A stretch of DNA of 52,640 bases, counting the filler, from Catajapyx aquilonaris (taxonomy: Eukaryota): assembly GCA_000934665.2 (NCBI GenBank). It is 3 parts of 3 records of this genome, joined end to end, with 100 filler letters (N's around TTAATTAATTAA, not from the genome) between each part and the next. Parts side by side here need not be neighbours in the genome. Positions count along the whole stretch, not along the records: positions 34,991 to 52,640 come from JYFJ02006965.1; 2 more parts are not named here. One strand, 5' to 3'. The notes below the pieces were generated by a model. It searched no databases, was not told the origin of the DNA, and was given only the letters and a program-made list of their open reading frames with translations. The position numbers and the translations under genes are program-made. Shown here piece by piece: positions 38,974-52,640 of the stretch. The number at the start of each line of letters is the position of its first letter. Within the stretch, counting starts at the first letter, position 1.

Positions 38974-41107
38974 ACAAGGGACACGCGGAAGAAAAAAACT
39001 GGGGGAGATAAAAATCATTCTGTTTTTATTATTCCGTCTTTTGTTTTATTTTTTTTTCTCCATTTTTTAAACTTTTTCTCCTCTTTATGTATAAATCACA
39101 AAAAAAAAGAACTGTCCTACTTCCCATTTTGCATTAGTTTGAAGGGGGGGGGGAAAAAAAGAAGGGGGGTGGCAATTGCAACACAGAACTGTTTTGGTAT
39201 GAAACACAACACATTTTTCCACTGACTTATTTGTTATAATATCGACACTTAACAAATAAAAGACATAGATTCGTCTTGCCTGAATTCCTGAGTGTGAATG
39301 TGGGTCGATACAATTTTATTTTTTAAAAAAAGTTGGTTTTTATTGTATTTTTATTTATTTGAAGGGGACACTAACATCGACTTGAAATCATGTCTTGATA
39401 TGTCTAAATCCCCGCCGCCGCTTTTTTTTTTTGTACTGGACATTTAAACCAGTCGATGTGACCTTATTTTTTTGTGAAAAAATGTGATGTTCACACAGTC
39501 GATTTGCATGGATTTTTTTTTTATACGCGAAAAAAAAAAATCCAGAATAAAGAAAATATGCTAAACATTATGCACTGGATCCTCACAGGAATAATGAGAC
39601 GTACCTTGAACTGCAAACAAAATTATGCGCTCGTAATTATGCCTGTTTATCTAATAATTCTGTTGCGATAAACTTAAAAAGGGAAGAAAAGGTGTCGTAT
39701 TTTTTTTTTGCACACTTTGTTATCACTGCTCTTTAGCAACAAAAAAAAATGCCGTTTCCCCAATCTTTTTTTTGTTTGAACTACTGCATTATCCGCATGT
39801 TCAATAAATAAAGATTTGCAATTAGATATATAAATTTTTTTTAAAAAAATCCGCTTACTTTTGAGATGCTAGGGAATTCTGTGCATTTAGAAGCCACAAC
39901 AAAAAAAAGGAGTTTTAAGGTTTTTACAAGAAAATACTGCATAAGGTGTCGTCTGGACTGACACGCATCGAGTAACAAAAGAAAAAGAAAAGCTTTATGT
40001 ACCTTTTTTCGTCCATCTTTTTTTAAAATTAGATTAAGACTCTTGCTTAAAATAGATGACTACCCTAACCAACGGCTCTTTAAAAAATTTTCTGCTAGGA
40101 TTACTTTTTCATGTATCTGACAAAACGCTACACTATGTGCTACAATTAGTTATGTACAAGGAGTAAGGGGGGGACGGGGAGGTAAACAAATAAAGAAAAA
40201 TAAAAATTACATTTTTGTACTCCGTAAGGGATTTTTTTCTTTAAAAAAAAAAATCTGGATAAAATCACTTTTGAAATTCATCAGGTGTTTTCCTGCGTTT
40301 CCATGTATAACTCCATATATATATATATATATATATATATTTTTTAAAAACCTACAAGTTAAAACATAGGCATCAGGCATACATTAAAAAAATTAAAGGA
40401 CAGGGAAGGGAGTTAAGATGACCATTTAACTCATTAAATGCAGATATTTGAAGCACAAAAAAAATTCATCCTTACTTACACGACAAAAAAAAACCCCACT
40501 CTGAATGCAATTAATCACTGTAACATAGGCAGGGATAAGCACTGGAAAAAAAATATAATGAAAAATACACCGGGAGGGGGGATCAAGAAGTAATTTCCCT
40601 ATTAACAAAGTGATCGTTATGTCCGTTACATGCCCACTATTTCTGTGTACACACCAAAAAGAATGGGCACCAACACTTTTTGAGATCTAGATCACTATGT
40701 AATTATGTATAACTTTCGCTTTTTGTGTGTGTGTGTGTGGAAACACATGTCGATAAAAGTAAAAATTAAAATTGCAGCTTAACCGCTCTAAAGACTTAGG
40801 ACAATAACGGAAGGGGGGATTGGGGACAAAGTGTTGTGGAGAAAAAACACCAACATCTCTTCCTTAAGGGACAGAAGGACAAAGAGTTTACCTACATACA
40901 CTATGTACAGTTTTATGTACATCAATATGCAACGAAGAGAACAAATACACAGGGTGTAGGCCCACTTTCTTTTTTTAAAAAAATTTCAGGTCCTTCATCC
41001 CGAAAGAAATCACAGGGTTGGGAGTACTGGGTGTGTTAAGTGAACTTTGTCGACTGAGATTACTGCCCAGTTTTGTCCGTCTCATGGGTTTCAAAGTGTT
41101 CCGCCTT

Positions 41108-44100
41108 TTACGAGCCGGTCTGCGGGTAGAAACCGGCTGGATAATACTGGTTTCGCCCCCTGGCTGTCGATGCGTTGTTGGGGGGTGGAGGGGGCGGCGG
41201 CGGCACTGGGAGTGGAGGTGGGGGAGGCGGCGGCTGGGAAGCCACCAGCTGGGCCACCGTTGGAGATACCACGGGTGGTGGCGGTGGTGGCGGAGGCGGA
41301 GGGGGCGCAGATAAGAACAGCTGTCCTGTTGCAAGCACTGGGTAGCTGGGAGCAAAATTGCATGTGCTCGCTGGAGGCAGATGCGACGGATGTGGCGGCG
41401 GTGGAGGGGGCGGCGGAGGCGGTGGGGCCATCATTTTGTACCCGGTGTTCTGGTAGGGGTATTGCCAGTTTTTGTAAGTCGATGGGTTGTATCCACCGAT
41501 CATGGGATGCGCCTGAGGNGGCGGAGGTGGATGCGGCGGAGGAGGATGGGCTGGGGGGAGGTGTGGCGGAATGGGACGGGCTTGAGAGGGATGCGGAAGA
41601 GGTTGGGAAGCCTGGGGAGGATGGTGCGGACCTAAGTGGGTCTGCGGTGGGTGGGGTGGAAGAGGCGGCTGTTGGGGTATGCGAGGCGGCTGGTGAGGAA
41701 GGAAAGGTGGCTGACTTGGGGGAGGGGGTGGCGGGGGATTAGCACTGTCGCCATCTTTCCGGATACCTGCCTTGGTCGCCTCTCTCAATTCGTCTGAAGA
41801 AAAAGGATTCATTTGTACTATTCAACACACAACTTATCCTCCAAGCTCACCGCTCCAAGTAACAAGTCTACTCACTGAGTCGCTTGCTCTTTTCCTCGTC
41901 CTCATTGACACACAGCCCAAACTCCCTCCTCAGTCTTGCAGTGAGGTTCTCCCGCTGCTGCTCGACTAGAGTTGGGGCCGAGTTCCATCTCACGTCTGTC
42001 AAGCCTGCCAGGGACAAACGTTGTTTATATTTACATCACATTCATTTCGCTAGTGAATGCGGATAACAGTGCTTACCTTTCCCCTTTTCATCCTTCTTGT
42101 TGTTTATGGTCTCAAACAGCGGCAGGGTGGTGAGAACAGGAGGTGACTTCATCTCCTCCTCTACTGCGGCTGACAGAGACCCTGAGACCACGGTTGAAAA
42201 TGGGAGTATGCTGCTGTCAGATGTGGTGGCCGAGGAGGTCGTTGAAATAGTGTCAGGAGTCTTGCTGGGAATGGGATCCTCCTTCCCTTGAGTTTCCATC
42301 TTACGCTTCCAGTACTCACTGATAGACAACTACGGGAGAAGAGGTGAAACAAAATGATGCAACAAAAGCCTAAAACATGAAGCTGCTCAATACTGCGCCA
42401 TTCTGGAGCACCATCCGAGGTGGTGGTTCACAATGGCACTCACCTTTCGCTTGGCAGGTGTGGAAGGCTTTTTCCCACTGCTGCTGGGGCTCCTCGGAGC
42501 TTCCTCCTCTTCCCCTTCAGTAGTGGTTGCTCCGCCAACCCCTTCTCCCTCCACACTGCTCATAGAATCGGCACTCGCATTCATATTTTCCATTTCTTCC
42601 TGCTCCTCCTCCTCTTCCTCCACCTTCTTGGCAAGCACTCCCTCCTCTGCTGCCGTGGTCTGCTCCTCCTCCGTAGTAGGCTCCTCTTCACTCCTCGTCG
42701 TCATCGTTGTCGTAGTCGCAGTCTCCTCCACCTCCTGCTCTTCCTCCGCAGCAACCATTCCATTCACCACCACTTCTTCCTTCACCTTGCACTGCACTTC
42801 ACAGTCCTCAGTTTTCACTTCTGTCCTCCTCTGTCCTCCTCCCCTGTCCTCCCCCTCCTCCTCACTCTCCACCTCTGTCTCCTCCTCCTCCTCCTCATCC
42901 CCATCTCCCTGCAAGGCACACAGTAACACACACGTTGGGGGGACATGAGGCCCGGGGGAGGCAGGGGGTGGGGTTGGGGGGAGACTTTCGCTCGTTATAT
43001 TTTTGAGAGCGTCTGAATATAAAGACCATTGTCTTATCTCCCCCCCATCCTACCGGCTGCCGCCGCCGCAGCCAGGGCAGCAACTGCCATCCTCACCTCG
43101 GCCACCACCACCTCGACCTCCCCTAGGTCGTTCCACTTGGACTCCTCGGCTTGGGCGGGTGGTGGGGGAAGAAGATTGGGCTGCTGCTGTTCCTCCTCCT
43201 CAGACACGGCTACTTCCTCTTCCAGCTCCTCCTCCTCTTCCTCCTCCTCTTCCCTCCCACCACTACCACCTCCGCCTCTGCCTGCGCCTCTCAGCCCCCT
43301 GGGTGGGTCGGTGGGGATGGGAGGAGTGGACGGTGGAGTGGATGACTGCTCCGAGGACATGGACTCTCGGGCTAAGCGGCGCTTCTTCAACGGGGTCACG
43401 TAGTCCAAGGATGGCGGCGGGGAGCCTACAAACGGAACAACGCACATGCTCTGTACACCGCACTCTGCAAGGAGCATGCAACCTACTAACACCAACACAA
43501 CACATCTTTCAGATTCTCAATGGTGACCTGCACCAGGATATGCAATCTGAAACACTAACTCTGGCTGTAATACTTTAATATGATCTTAACCCAACAGACA
43601 CTGACATTACTCTCCCATGCATTGGTTTGATTGATTGGGACTGTGAAACACTGAAAGTTGACATGCCAAAGCGGATAATCTTATTAATAGAGGAATATCC
43701 TCCAGTGCTCAACCAGCATGCAGGTCGTTAGTTGGCATCGCATGCAGAGTGGTGGGAGTGTGAAATCTGTGAAACAACATGAGCGAGATGAAACATGGCA
43801 TTGACCTCGTACCTGCCCGGCTGTTGGGGCTGGGACACGTGGTGGGCACTGGGGAGTCCGTCTCCTCCCTGATGGCCTGCTGGAGCCAGCGCTTCTTTGC
43901 CGAGCCACCAACAGATGGGGCCACCAACGTAGACGACACGGTTGGCACCACGGAGGATGTGACGTTTGCGGCACTGGCAGACGCTTGAGAATGCGGCGGA
44001 GTCTTTGTTGGAGAAGAGTTGACGCTCCCTCTTCGCAGGTGAGAGTTGGGACTCCGGGCACCCCGGACATAGCAGGTTGGCACTCCCTCTGCCGCGCTCT

Positions 44101-47100
44101 CAGTCTTCACCGGAGGCAGAGGCTGGATCACAGGGTCCACCGTCTCATTTAACCACTCGGTCATCAGGAGCTGGAGGGGGGTGGACAGGGGGGGGAGAAA
44201 GGAGGCGAGAGGCAGGAGCAGGAGGAGGGGGTCACAATCATTATTATTGCAATCATTGCAATCGTCATATCTTCTTAATTGCAATCATTGCAACACTTCT
44301 GAACACTGTCAGCCTGACGCATAATTACTGGGATTAGCACTCAATTTTGATAGTTGCAGCACATGTTCATGACTTCCCAACTGTACAAAATTTTAACGCA
44401 CTGGTACATTCTCTAACAAATAACCAATTCCTTCGCTGCATCATGTTAGTCTAAAAATAAACATCCCATTACCATTTTCCCTCTTTCGCTACGATGGTGT
44501 TAGATTTGGCATTACTGCAACTACAGGTAGCGTAACGTGGTTACATCCTAATTGAATTCAGTTGGGATCCCAAATTGCACGGCACAGTTACAAATCAATT
44601 AAGTGGTTTCAAAAGGAATAGGAAATACGTAAAAGGTACTATACCTTCTTTGTCTTGGGAAACTTGAATCCAGCTACATTGTTGATGCTGTTGTTGTTAC
44701 TGTACAAGATGCTTTGTTCGTTTGGGGACATTCCCTGCGCCACGGCAGCAGGGAGAGATGGAGTGGCAGGCGTGCTGCTGGTAGCATTACTCTCATCAGC
44801 GGAGGTCAGGTCCGATTCTCCCGAGTTCATGCGCGAACGCTGCCTCAGGGTAATAGTCCCACTCCTGCCACGCTTCCGCCTGGAACAACAAATTCAACCG
44901 TACTGAAGCCACCACTAAGGAGTTACACTTCCGGTTACATTTATGCGACAACCCCGCAGCTTTATGAACAGTCTACATTTGAATCACAGAACTGAGACTA
45001 TTTCAAAGAGCTCACCCCTTCCTCCTCGGCCTCTCTGGTTTCTCCTCCATGACGTTGCTTCCTTCTTCTCGATCGCTAGTCTTTTCTTCTTTGATCTCTT
45101 CCTTCTTGACGACAACACCTCCTCCTGCATCTTCTACCACCATTCCCCGATCACCCTTCTTTTGTGCATTTCTGGCTTGGTTTTCCTGCTTCCTCTGTTC
45201 GGCCTTCTCTAACCTCTCGATTGTCCTCATTATGGCCTCCAACTTTCTCTCTTCACGGGTCTAGAAATGAGGCAAGTACGTGGAGTAAGCACACTTTTCA
45301 TGTGGACATAGACACTTCAAGAACAGGGAGAGACAAACAAGAATTAATTCAACTGAAGGACAAATTCTTTTCAGTATCGACCAGCATGGGTCAACCACAG
45401 TGAAGAAAAAGGAATCACCACAAATCCAGACTTATTTGCAGTATGATCAGTTTGGCTTAGACAGTACCATGCGCTCTGAGTAACATATCAGAATGACAAG
45501 TAAATTAGGCCCACTTCTCTCCTGTATCATGTCGAGGTGACAAGTCAGATTGATATAAACCAACATTTACCATTTTCTTCTTCTCATTATTGTGATCTTG
45601 CATCTCATGGTTTGGCTTAACTTCTGCGGGCGGCTCTTCAGGTGGCGGCGGTGGCGGCGGTGCTGCCTTCACAGGCGATCTTGGTGATTTGCGGACAGTC
45701 GACCCTACAATGGCAGGTGGATCTGGTGTGACCACTGGCGCAGGTGTCGGTGGAGGTGGAGGAGGAGGAGGAGGAGGCGGCGGCGGCGGCGGCGGAGGAG
45801 TGGGTGGTGGAACCACTTCTGCCTGCTCCCCAGATGTGGTCCGCTTTCCCCGCCTTCTCCTCTCGGTGTCCAAGAAGCCATTCTTCTTCTCTACTCCTAA
45901 CGCAGTGACACAGTCGGGCTTCCCACAGGCGCAAGGAACAGAGCCAATGCCAGTGGAAGCAGTGGAGTGGGAGTCATGTGGGACAGTGATCTCCACGTTC
46001 TTGTCAATTGCCGATGATGACACCACGTAAAGGTGAAGACTGCCTTTGTCTATGCAGTGCCTTATCTATAGTTGAGGTCAAGCAAATTTGATACAAATTT
46101 ATGCCTTGACCATGCAATTTACAAATCGAGATGGTGAACTTACCTCAGCATTGGGGTTGCATGATCTCCTAATAAAGCGCGCATCATTTCCATATGTTCT
46201 TGCATCGACGCACACCTCAGTCCCTTCCTTGGGTAGCTTGTAGAAGAACACAAAAGGCTGGTGCCTCTTGGCTGGCGCATTACCGTTCTGCTGGTAGAAC
46301 TGGTTGGCCAGCATGTACTTCCCTCTACACTCAATCACTGTCTGGTTTTGGTTGATTGGGGATGTAGCCAGCAGCACCTTCCCCACCGAGTCCATGGAGC
46401 ACGCCTTGCATCGGCTGGCTCCTGAGGAATTTGCCTTGAAGTCCGAGTGGATCCCGTTTACTTTTATGCTTCCAATTCTGGCCCGCAGCTCAGGAGAGTA
46501 GTGGTTGGTTATCGCCTCCTCATACCTGACAAGACAGAGTGGCAGTTAATCATCCGAAACCTTTATTGTCGTGAATTATTGTTATGAGAAGATTTGTAAT
46601 GTCTGCATGTCAGTCCTGTTGAGCTTGAGTATAAAATCGTCATACTACATCAGCCAAGGTTTCTCATCATGATGCAAGACCATTCCACTTACAAGCCTAC
46701 CTTAGTGTTAATCAAGCTTCCTGAAGCTTCCCATTACTATTCTGGATGGGCAGGAAAAAAGCAAAAAAAAATGCAGGACTAAAACCCCCATTACTTTGCA
46801 TACACACGAGTTCTAACTGTACCTTGCAATCCAGTGCCTCACACTGGTGGCATGGTCCCATCCCGGCGGCTCCTGCACTTCATCCTCTGCCCCAACCGAC
46901 GACCCAGACCCGGACATGGTTACAGGTGCAGATGAGACCCGGCCTCTCAACTTCTTCCGAGGAGGCGATCGCTTCATCACCTCCGACCCTCCTCGCTTCT
47001 CCTTCCTCTTCAGTCTTCTACTTCCCGGCCCACCAACTCCCAATCTGGAAGGCTCCTTTGGCGACTCCCGCTTTTGTCTTTTCACCCTCTTGCTATTGTC

Positions 47101-49078
47101 TCCACTCTTTCTCCTGGGACCACCACTTCCACGGCCACTTCCCCCACTCACTCTCCTCTTTGTACTACTCTCGTCCCCACTGTCATTTGAGCTGGAGTCA
47201 GTGTTAAGCTCCTCCCTCTTCCTCAGCTGCAGTGTCCTGGCTCTCTGGCGGTCCACCTTCCTAGGCTGACACTGCTCACAATGGTACTCTTCCGGGATAT
47301 TTGACCGGTCTATGCCCATGCAGTCAACATGCTGCCACACACTGTCATAGAGGAGGAATAAGGTACGTCAATTATGTTTCATCACACCTCTCCACCACTT
47401 TTGTGTCTTAAAAGGTTATATAAATACTAGGAAATGAGCACCATCGCTACCAGGAAATCAACAGATAGTGACTAGGTTCATGTTTTCTTATCTCGAGTCA
47501 GAAAGTATGATAAGAGAGGCACTCACGAGCATTTATCACAGCAGATCATGTAACCATCGTCGTGCTGGAAGTCACAGATGCACCTGGTGATGCTCTCCTC
47601 CTCCTCACCCTCTGGCGCAGTTTCTGTCTCCTCCCCTCCGTCACCACCAGCATTGCTGCTGCTGGTTACACTCATGCGGGAATCCTCATCCGCTAGAGGA
47701 GGAGGGATGGGTGTGGAGCCAACTGTGGAGAGGGGAGGGGTGACAAGGGCCGCACTTGAGGAGGAGGAGGAGGCAGGAGGTGCCATGGATGGTAAGTGGT
47801 GGTGGTGATGGTGGAGGGTGGACAAAGTGTGGTTTGTAGGCGATGCTTGCGTGTGGTGCGAGTGGGGATGGTGATGGTGGTGGTGATGGTGGTGGTGGAG
47901 GAATCCTTGGGAGGACATCCTTCGCAGAGGGGGACTGTGCAAGCGGGTTGGGAGAAGAGGGGGGGTCTCGGGCGGACTTGGGGGAGGGGGTGCCCCATAG
48001 TTGTGGTCCTGGAGCACAAACTGGGACAAAAGAAGTGTAAATTAATCCCAGTTACTTTTTCACCAAGAATAACTACCACGCCATAAGTACTCAATCTGAA
48101 TAATTTCTGTACATGTAACACAATGAGGCATTTTCATATGCAGATTGGCATTACATCTGCGTCATTAGTCATGCAATTCACACCCGTAATACATGAGCTT
48201 TATCGACAAATATGGCAATACAACTCCATGAGTTCAAACAGATCACAATGCAGTTCAGAGAATAAAGACATCCCTTATCATGTACATTCATATGCATCCC
48301 TTCCACCGGAACTCTTTGCCCTGTGGACAGCCACAAAAATGCGCCCAATGAAAAAGAGTCACGAAAAGGCCTCGGAGTTGGTTAATAAGACAGTTTTTTG
48401 TTTAAAGATTTGCCTACAAGAAGCTGCACAAGTTGATCTGGGGTTCTAAATAAATTTCCAGGCATAATAATGGTCTCTATACATACGCATGTGTAAGTAA
48501 AATTCCACCACAGTAATCAATATTTAAGAAAAGTACAACTTGAAACATGTCCAGTGCTACAAGCCTAAAAGTGGCTGACAAAATGGGAGCAGCCTTTAGT
48601 TCACTCACCTGATAGGGCAGGTAAAAGGGGCCCGGAAAATTTGAGCAACTGGGACGGTTCCTGTCGTCCACCTGCTCCTCCTCCTCCTCCTCCGAAGGTA
48701 GGGTCGCCTCAACGGCTTCGGATCTGACAGTAAAGAACCCAAGACTTGTTAAAAAAACTGCTGCCGCCAACAGAAACCCACTTTTCAAAACTGCCAACTA
48801 AACAAAAATCTCAAGCACTTTTTTCATATTTTATCTCAAAGCATGAATTGATAGTGGAAATGATAAGGCAGGGGGATTGGAAGTGGGCAAGATACGGCTG
48901 CTGCGGAGGGGGCACTTGTGCAAACAAGAACATTTAGGGCGTGCTCAATGCACAGGCTCTATGCTTACTCTTCGCTGGCGCCCATAGAGGTGTGCACTTC
49001 CACCACCCGGGAGCTCTCCACCCCATCGAGGGAGGCTGCGGCGGTCACCACAGTGCCAAGCTGGACTATCAGACTCAT
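41108..49078 (-). CDS. UpSET/KMT2E(MLL5)/SETD5-family PHD + inactive SET protein, ~1600 aa
   Basis: Exons 49078-48969, 48723-48609, 48008-47527, 47341-46823, 46525-46144, 46065-45571, 45260-45016, 44879-44645, 44170-43813, 43425-43097, 42908-42444, 42329-42077, 42004-41876, 41793-41108 in frame. Motifs [89 protein letters not shown]. Confidence 0.92.
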
Positions 49079-49125
49079 CGCACAGCTTCGCCAAAGCCTC
49101 GGTCCAACAGGCGATGTGTCTTCAT
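49075..49125 (-). promoter_or_regulatory. uORF (16 aa) whose stop overlaps the UpSET/KMT2E start codon
   Basis: GCCACC-ATG-AAG...CGA-TGA; the TGA overlaps the main ATG (ATGA at 49078-49075). Confidence 0.55.
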
Positions 49126-51439
49126 GGTGGCCACACCAGGAAGGGTGGGAAAAGTCGAGGGGAGATGCTGACCAAGACACCTGAAGTGTATATGAGGGCA
49201 AATGGCCACCTTTGATGACCCTCTAGTATGCTCGGTATTCTGGAAAGAACAGGATGAAATAATATGTTTATTATGATATGCTTGAATTTTAACAGGATAA
49301 TTTATATAAAGGTGCAACTCACGAACTTTTGCTTCCATTACAGTCATATTCATGCCATAAAAATATTTCATTGACGACCAGATCATTCCCTTTACAACCA
49401 GGCTTCCTGCTGCCTGCGTATGATACGATTACACACAATACTCTTTGCAACATAGCACTTCCAACTACAGCGTAATCTAACCCTAACCTATCTCATTCCA
49501 TTTCCTCTGTCAAATAACATGCCTGACATTCTCTTGTTGACCGTCTGCAAAAGCTTTGCTTATCTGACACACTTTCCTTTTTAAAAACCCTACTGCACCT
49601 ACCAAAATTTCCACATCTAAAATAAGTCCTCATTAATTAGTGGAGGTAATTTTTCTCCTCCACAAAAACGCAAAAGCAGTTCAAATGTAATCTGAGGAAT
49701 TCCTGTCTGCAATGAAGTTTCTCTGGTTTGGGATTGACAGAGATGGGCAGCTTCGTACACAAAATCTTTCATTTCTGTTCCACAGGGTGAACCACCCCTT
49801 CTCTCCGTGTCCCACTCCTTTTAAACTAATCTCCACCCACACACCCCTTGGGGGCCTTGTCTATGCAGCTTTTCCCAATACTACACAGACACACTATTGG
49901 CACAGCACTGCAAATTTGATGAAGCTGCTGAAAATTATCTGCGCACCCAAAACAGTTTGTTGAGATAATGACCAGCTTCTGCATACATAATAATTCATAC
50001 ATAATAGCCAAAGCACAAAATTTCAATACCGATTTTAATGTTATATCCTGACATCACATAATATGGGATTGGCTAATATTGTTATGACCTTAGCTAATCA
50101 CTGATATAGTATCAGGGAGACTGGAAGGGGAGGTGGAGGAGTTCAAGCACTACAAAAAAAAGTTGACAAACAAGTTCAGGCTGAAAGCAGATATTTACTC
50201 TCTGCAGAGGCACTCTTGAGAAATCAAGAATAGATAGATAGATAGATCATTGCACTATGGACTGTAGCACATCTCCTCATATACCCATATTCTCGGCTGA
50301 AAGCACGGGGTGATGCAACGCTAGGCTCATTACGCTCTATCGCCCTGGTTACAGTATCAGTCCTTCAAGTTACAGCAAAGGTAGATTAGTGCCTCTGCCA
50401 CGGGAAGTTTGCCAGAAGATTCTTCTGGGTTTCCTGCTTTTAATCTTGCTCAAAATATCAACACCACTTCCCCCCCCACTCTGCCTCCCATCCCCCCCAG
50501 CAGAGTCTGGCTTCAACGTCCTGGACTAAGGTCATATCAATTCAACATATCCTTGACTCCCCAACATGACTGCAATGCCAATCTTTTTTTTTTTTTGAAA
50601 CAAAATTAGCAGTGGCTCCTGCCAAGTACAGGTAAACATTTTTGTTTGTTTGTTTGCAATGAGCCATTCATTTGTAATCTATAAGTCAGCAAGTTTGCAT
50701 GTCCATACAAACAAACAAAAAAAGGGCGTCAGTTTTTGGAAATAGGTCACTACAATTATTTTCATGGCAGCTGCCCCATTCAATTTCACCACAATTTCAC
50801 CCCCCAACCCCAACCAGTATTTCCTCCCAGCACACCCTCAAGCTCAAATTTCCAAACATCCAGCATCTGCCTCCCAGAAGCCCCAAACTTGGCAACCCCG
50901 TCTCTCATCCAGCAGTTTACGATCCTCCCCGCCAGAAGGCTCCACCATCGAAAAATGCTGTTTGGGAGGAAGGGGGTTGGAGAGAAGTGGACTGGACTTG
51001 GGGGGAAGCGCATAAAAAACCCTGTACGATCGTTCAATCATGTCAGGAACTGGTGGTGGGGGGGGGATGGTGGGGTCAGGGGGTAGGATGAGCACGAAAC
51101 GCGCGGGAAAAAAGCGCACACGATCGGTTGTAATGTCCTGGAAAAGCGGGTCTAGCCAGTTTACATGCCCTGAAGGGTTGGTTGGTTGGCAGGCTGTTGG
51201 CTCAGTGTGTGTGTGTGTATAAAAAAAAAAGTAGAGAGGAATGGGCAAAAGGGGCTGGTCGTGAGGGGGAGGAAAAAAAAAAACCGAAGGGGAGAGCAGC
51301 TAGAGATCATGGACATATGCACAGGCGCAAACATTCACCGGCCTCCTTTTTTTTGTGTGTGTCTGTTGACCAGTGCATGCGCTGCGTGTGCAATACCCAG
51401 GCATTCACACGGGGGAGCTGAACTGGACCCGGTCCACTT

Positions 51440-52105
51440 CCTAAATGATGGCAACGCTATTTAAATGCCCTGCTTGTTTACATCGGTTGGCACCCCCCTG
51501 TAGGTTGGCTACACTTGAATTTAAATGCGCTGTTATGTTTATTAATGTTGGCAACACTTTAAATGCCCCCACCCACTTTTTAAATGCGCTGTTGCCATGT
51601 TTGCCAATGTTGGCACCCCCTGCAGGTAGGCTACTTACATTTAAATGCATCATTGCCAATGTTCGCAAAACTTGAAATGCCCCCAATTTATATTTGAATG
51701 CAATGTTGCCAAATTTACCCACGGTGGCACCCTCCCATATACGTTGGCAACACTTTTAATTTAAATGCGCTGTTGCCAAGTATGTCAATGTAGGCATCCC
51801 TGTAGGTTGGCAACACTTAGGTTTTTAAATGCGATGGTGTCATGTTTACCAATGTTGGCACCCCCTGGAGGCTGGCAACGCTTACATTTAAATGCGTGGT
51901 TGCCACGACTACCAATGTTGGCACCTCCTGCTGTTTTGGCAACACTTTAAATGCCCTCAATTTTTTTATTATTTAAACGCGGTGTTGCCATGGTTTGCCT
52001 GTTTGCATTCCTGCTGGACCTTTAAATGCCCCCCACGGTTTTTTTATATTTAAATGCGCGGTTGCCATGTCGCGGGCGTTGCCATGCACAGGCGGTGTTG
52101 CCACC
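51440..52105. repeat. Degenerate minisatellite (~55-65-bp units)
   Basis: Recurring GTTGGCAACAC-TTTAAATGC-GTTGCCA-CCAATGTTGGCACCCC blocks, about ten copies. Confidence 0.8.
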
Positions 52106-52640
52106 AATCTCCACAGCCGCGGTGCTGCCACGTCTATCATATCCTCTTCCCCAGGCCATAATCCTTGCTTCGTTACACTCTCCCCCCCCCACCCACTCCA
52201 AAACCCACCTCCCGTCCTGCTCCACCGAAGCTCTGGTTTTAATCCCATTCTGTTACATACGGATCCCAATCCTGTAGTAGCAGCTCTCTATACATCCCAA
52301 TGGGATAAAAATCCCTGTACCTCCTACAGTGTTTCCGCAGCATCCCGACCTCTGTTGACATCACCGCCCACGTCTATTTCGGGAACTAATGAATAGCAAT
52401 GTCCTACTTTTTTTTTTCTTCCTTCTTCTACCCGGGCAGCACTGCAACCGGCGGATAAAAAGTCACGATCCAGATGTGTGTAAAAAAAAATATATCATTA
52501 CACGCAGGGGCATTACCTCATATTTTTTTGTTGTTGTTGCTGCTTCACGGCTTACGCTTGCAAACTGCGCAATTTCAGGATGTTATTGTCCTTTTGGGCT
52601 ACCAGTCGGCGCGACAGTCGCGCGCGGGAAACTTTGCCCC

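Noticed and set aside
46144..46525. SET domain lacking the NHS catalytic motif (RRSCNPN)
   Set aside because: Normal, known feature of the MLL5/SETD5/UpSET family.
51440..52105. CRISPR-like repeat array
   Set aside because: Eukaryotic context, degenerate repeats, no unique spacers and no cas genes.

Overview
Eukaryotic, intron-containing genomic DNA, most likely arthropod, judged from the two-zinc-knuckle Clipper-type CPSF30, an unfused SETMAR-like SET gene, an UpSET/KMT2E-like gene and insect-type SINEs/MITEs. Two 100-bp spacers (44 N + TTAATTAATTAA + 44 N, at 17413-17512 and 34891-34990) are artificial joins, so the window is probably three separate contigs. Contig 1 holds a complete CPSF30/Clipper gene amid deeply nested transposon relics. 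Contig 2 is gene-dense: partial XRN2, a TSSK-like kinase, an LRR + ADP-ribosylglycohydrolase-like gene, TRABD, a SETMAR-like gene, SUMF1 and a partial methyltransferase. Contig 3 holds ASNA1/GET3, GCAT and UpSET/KMT2E. Most notable are (1) a predicted N-myristoylated LRR protein fused to an ARH-fold domain whose metal-binding aspartates are all replaced, a candidate ADP-ribose sensor or decoy, and (2) a SETMAR-like gene with no nearby start codon that overlaps the TRABD stop and is in frame with TRABD exon 1 through a long stop-free alternate frame. Exon boundaries were derived by hand from GT-AG sites and frame continuity. Family assignments come from motif recognition, not database searches.
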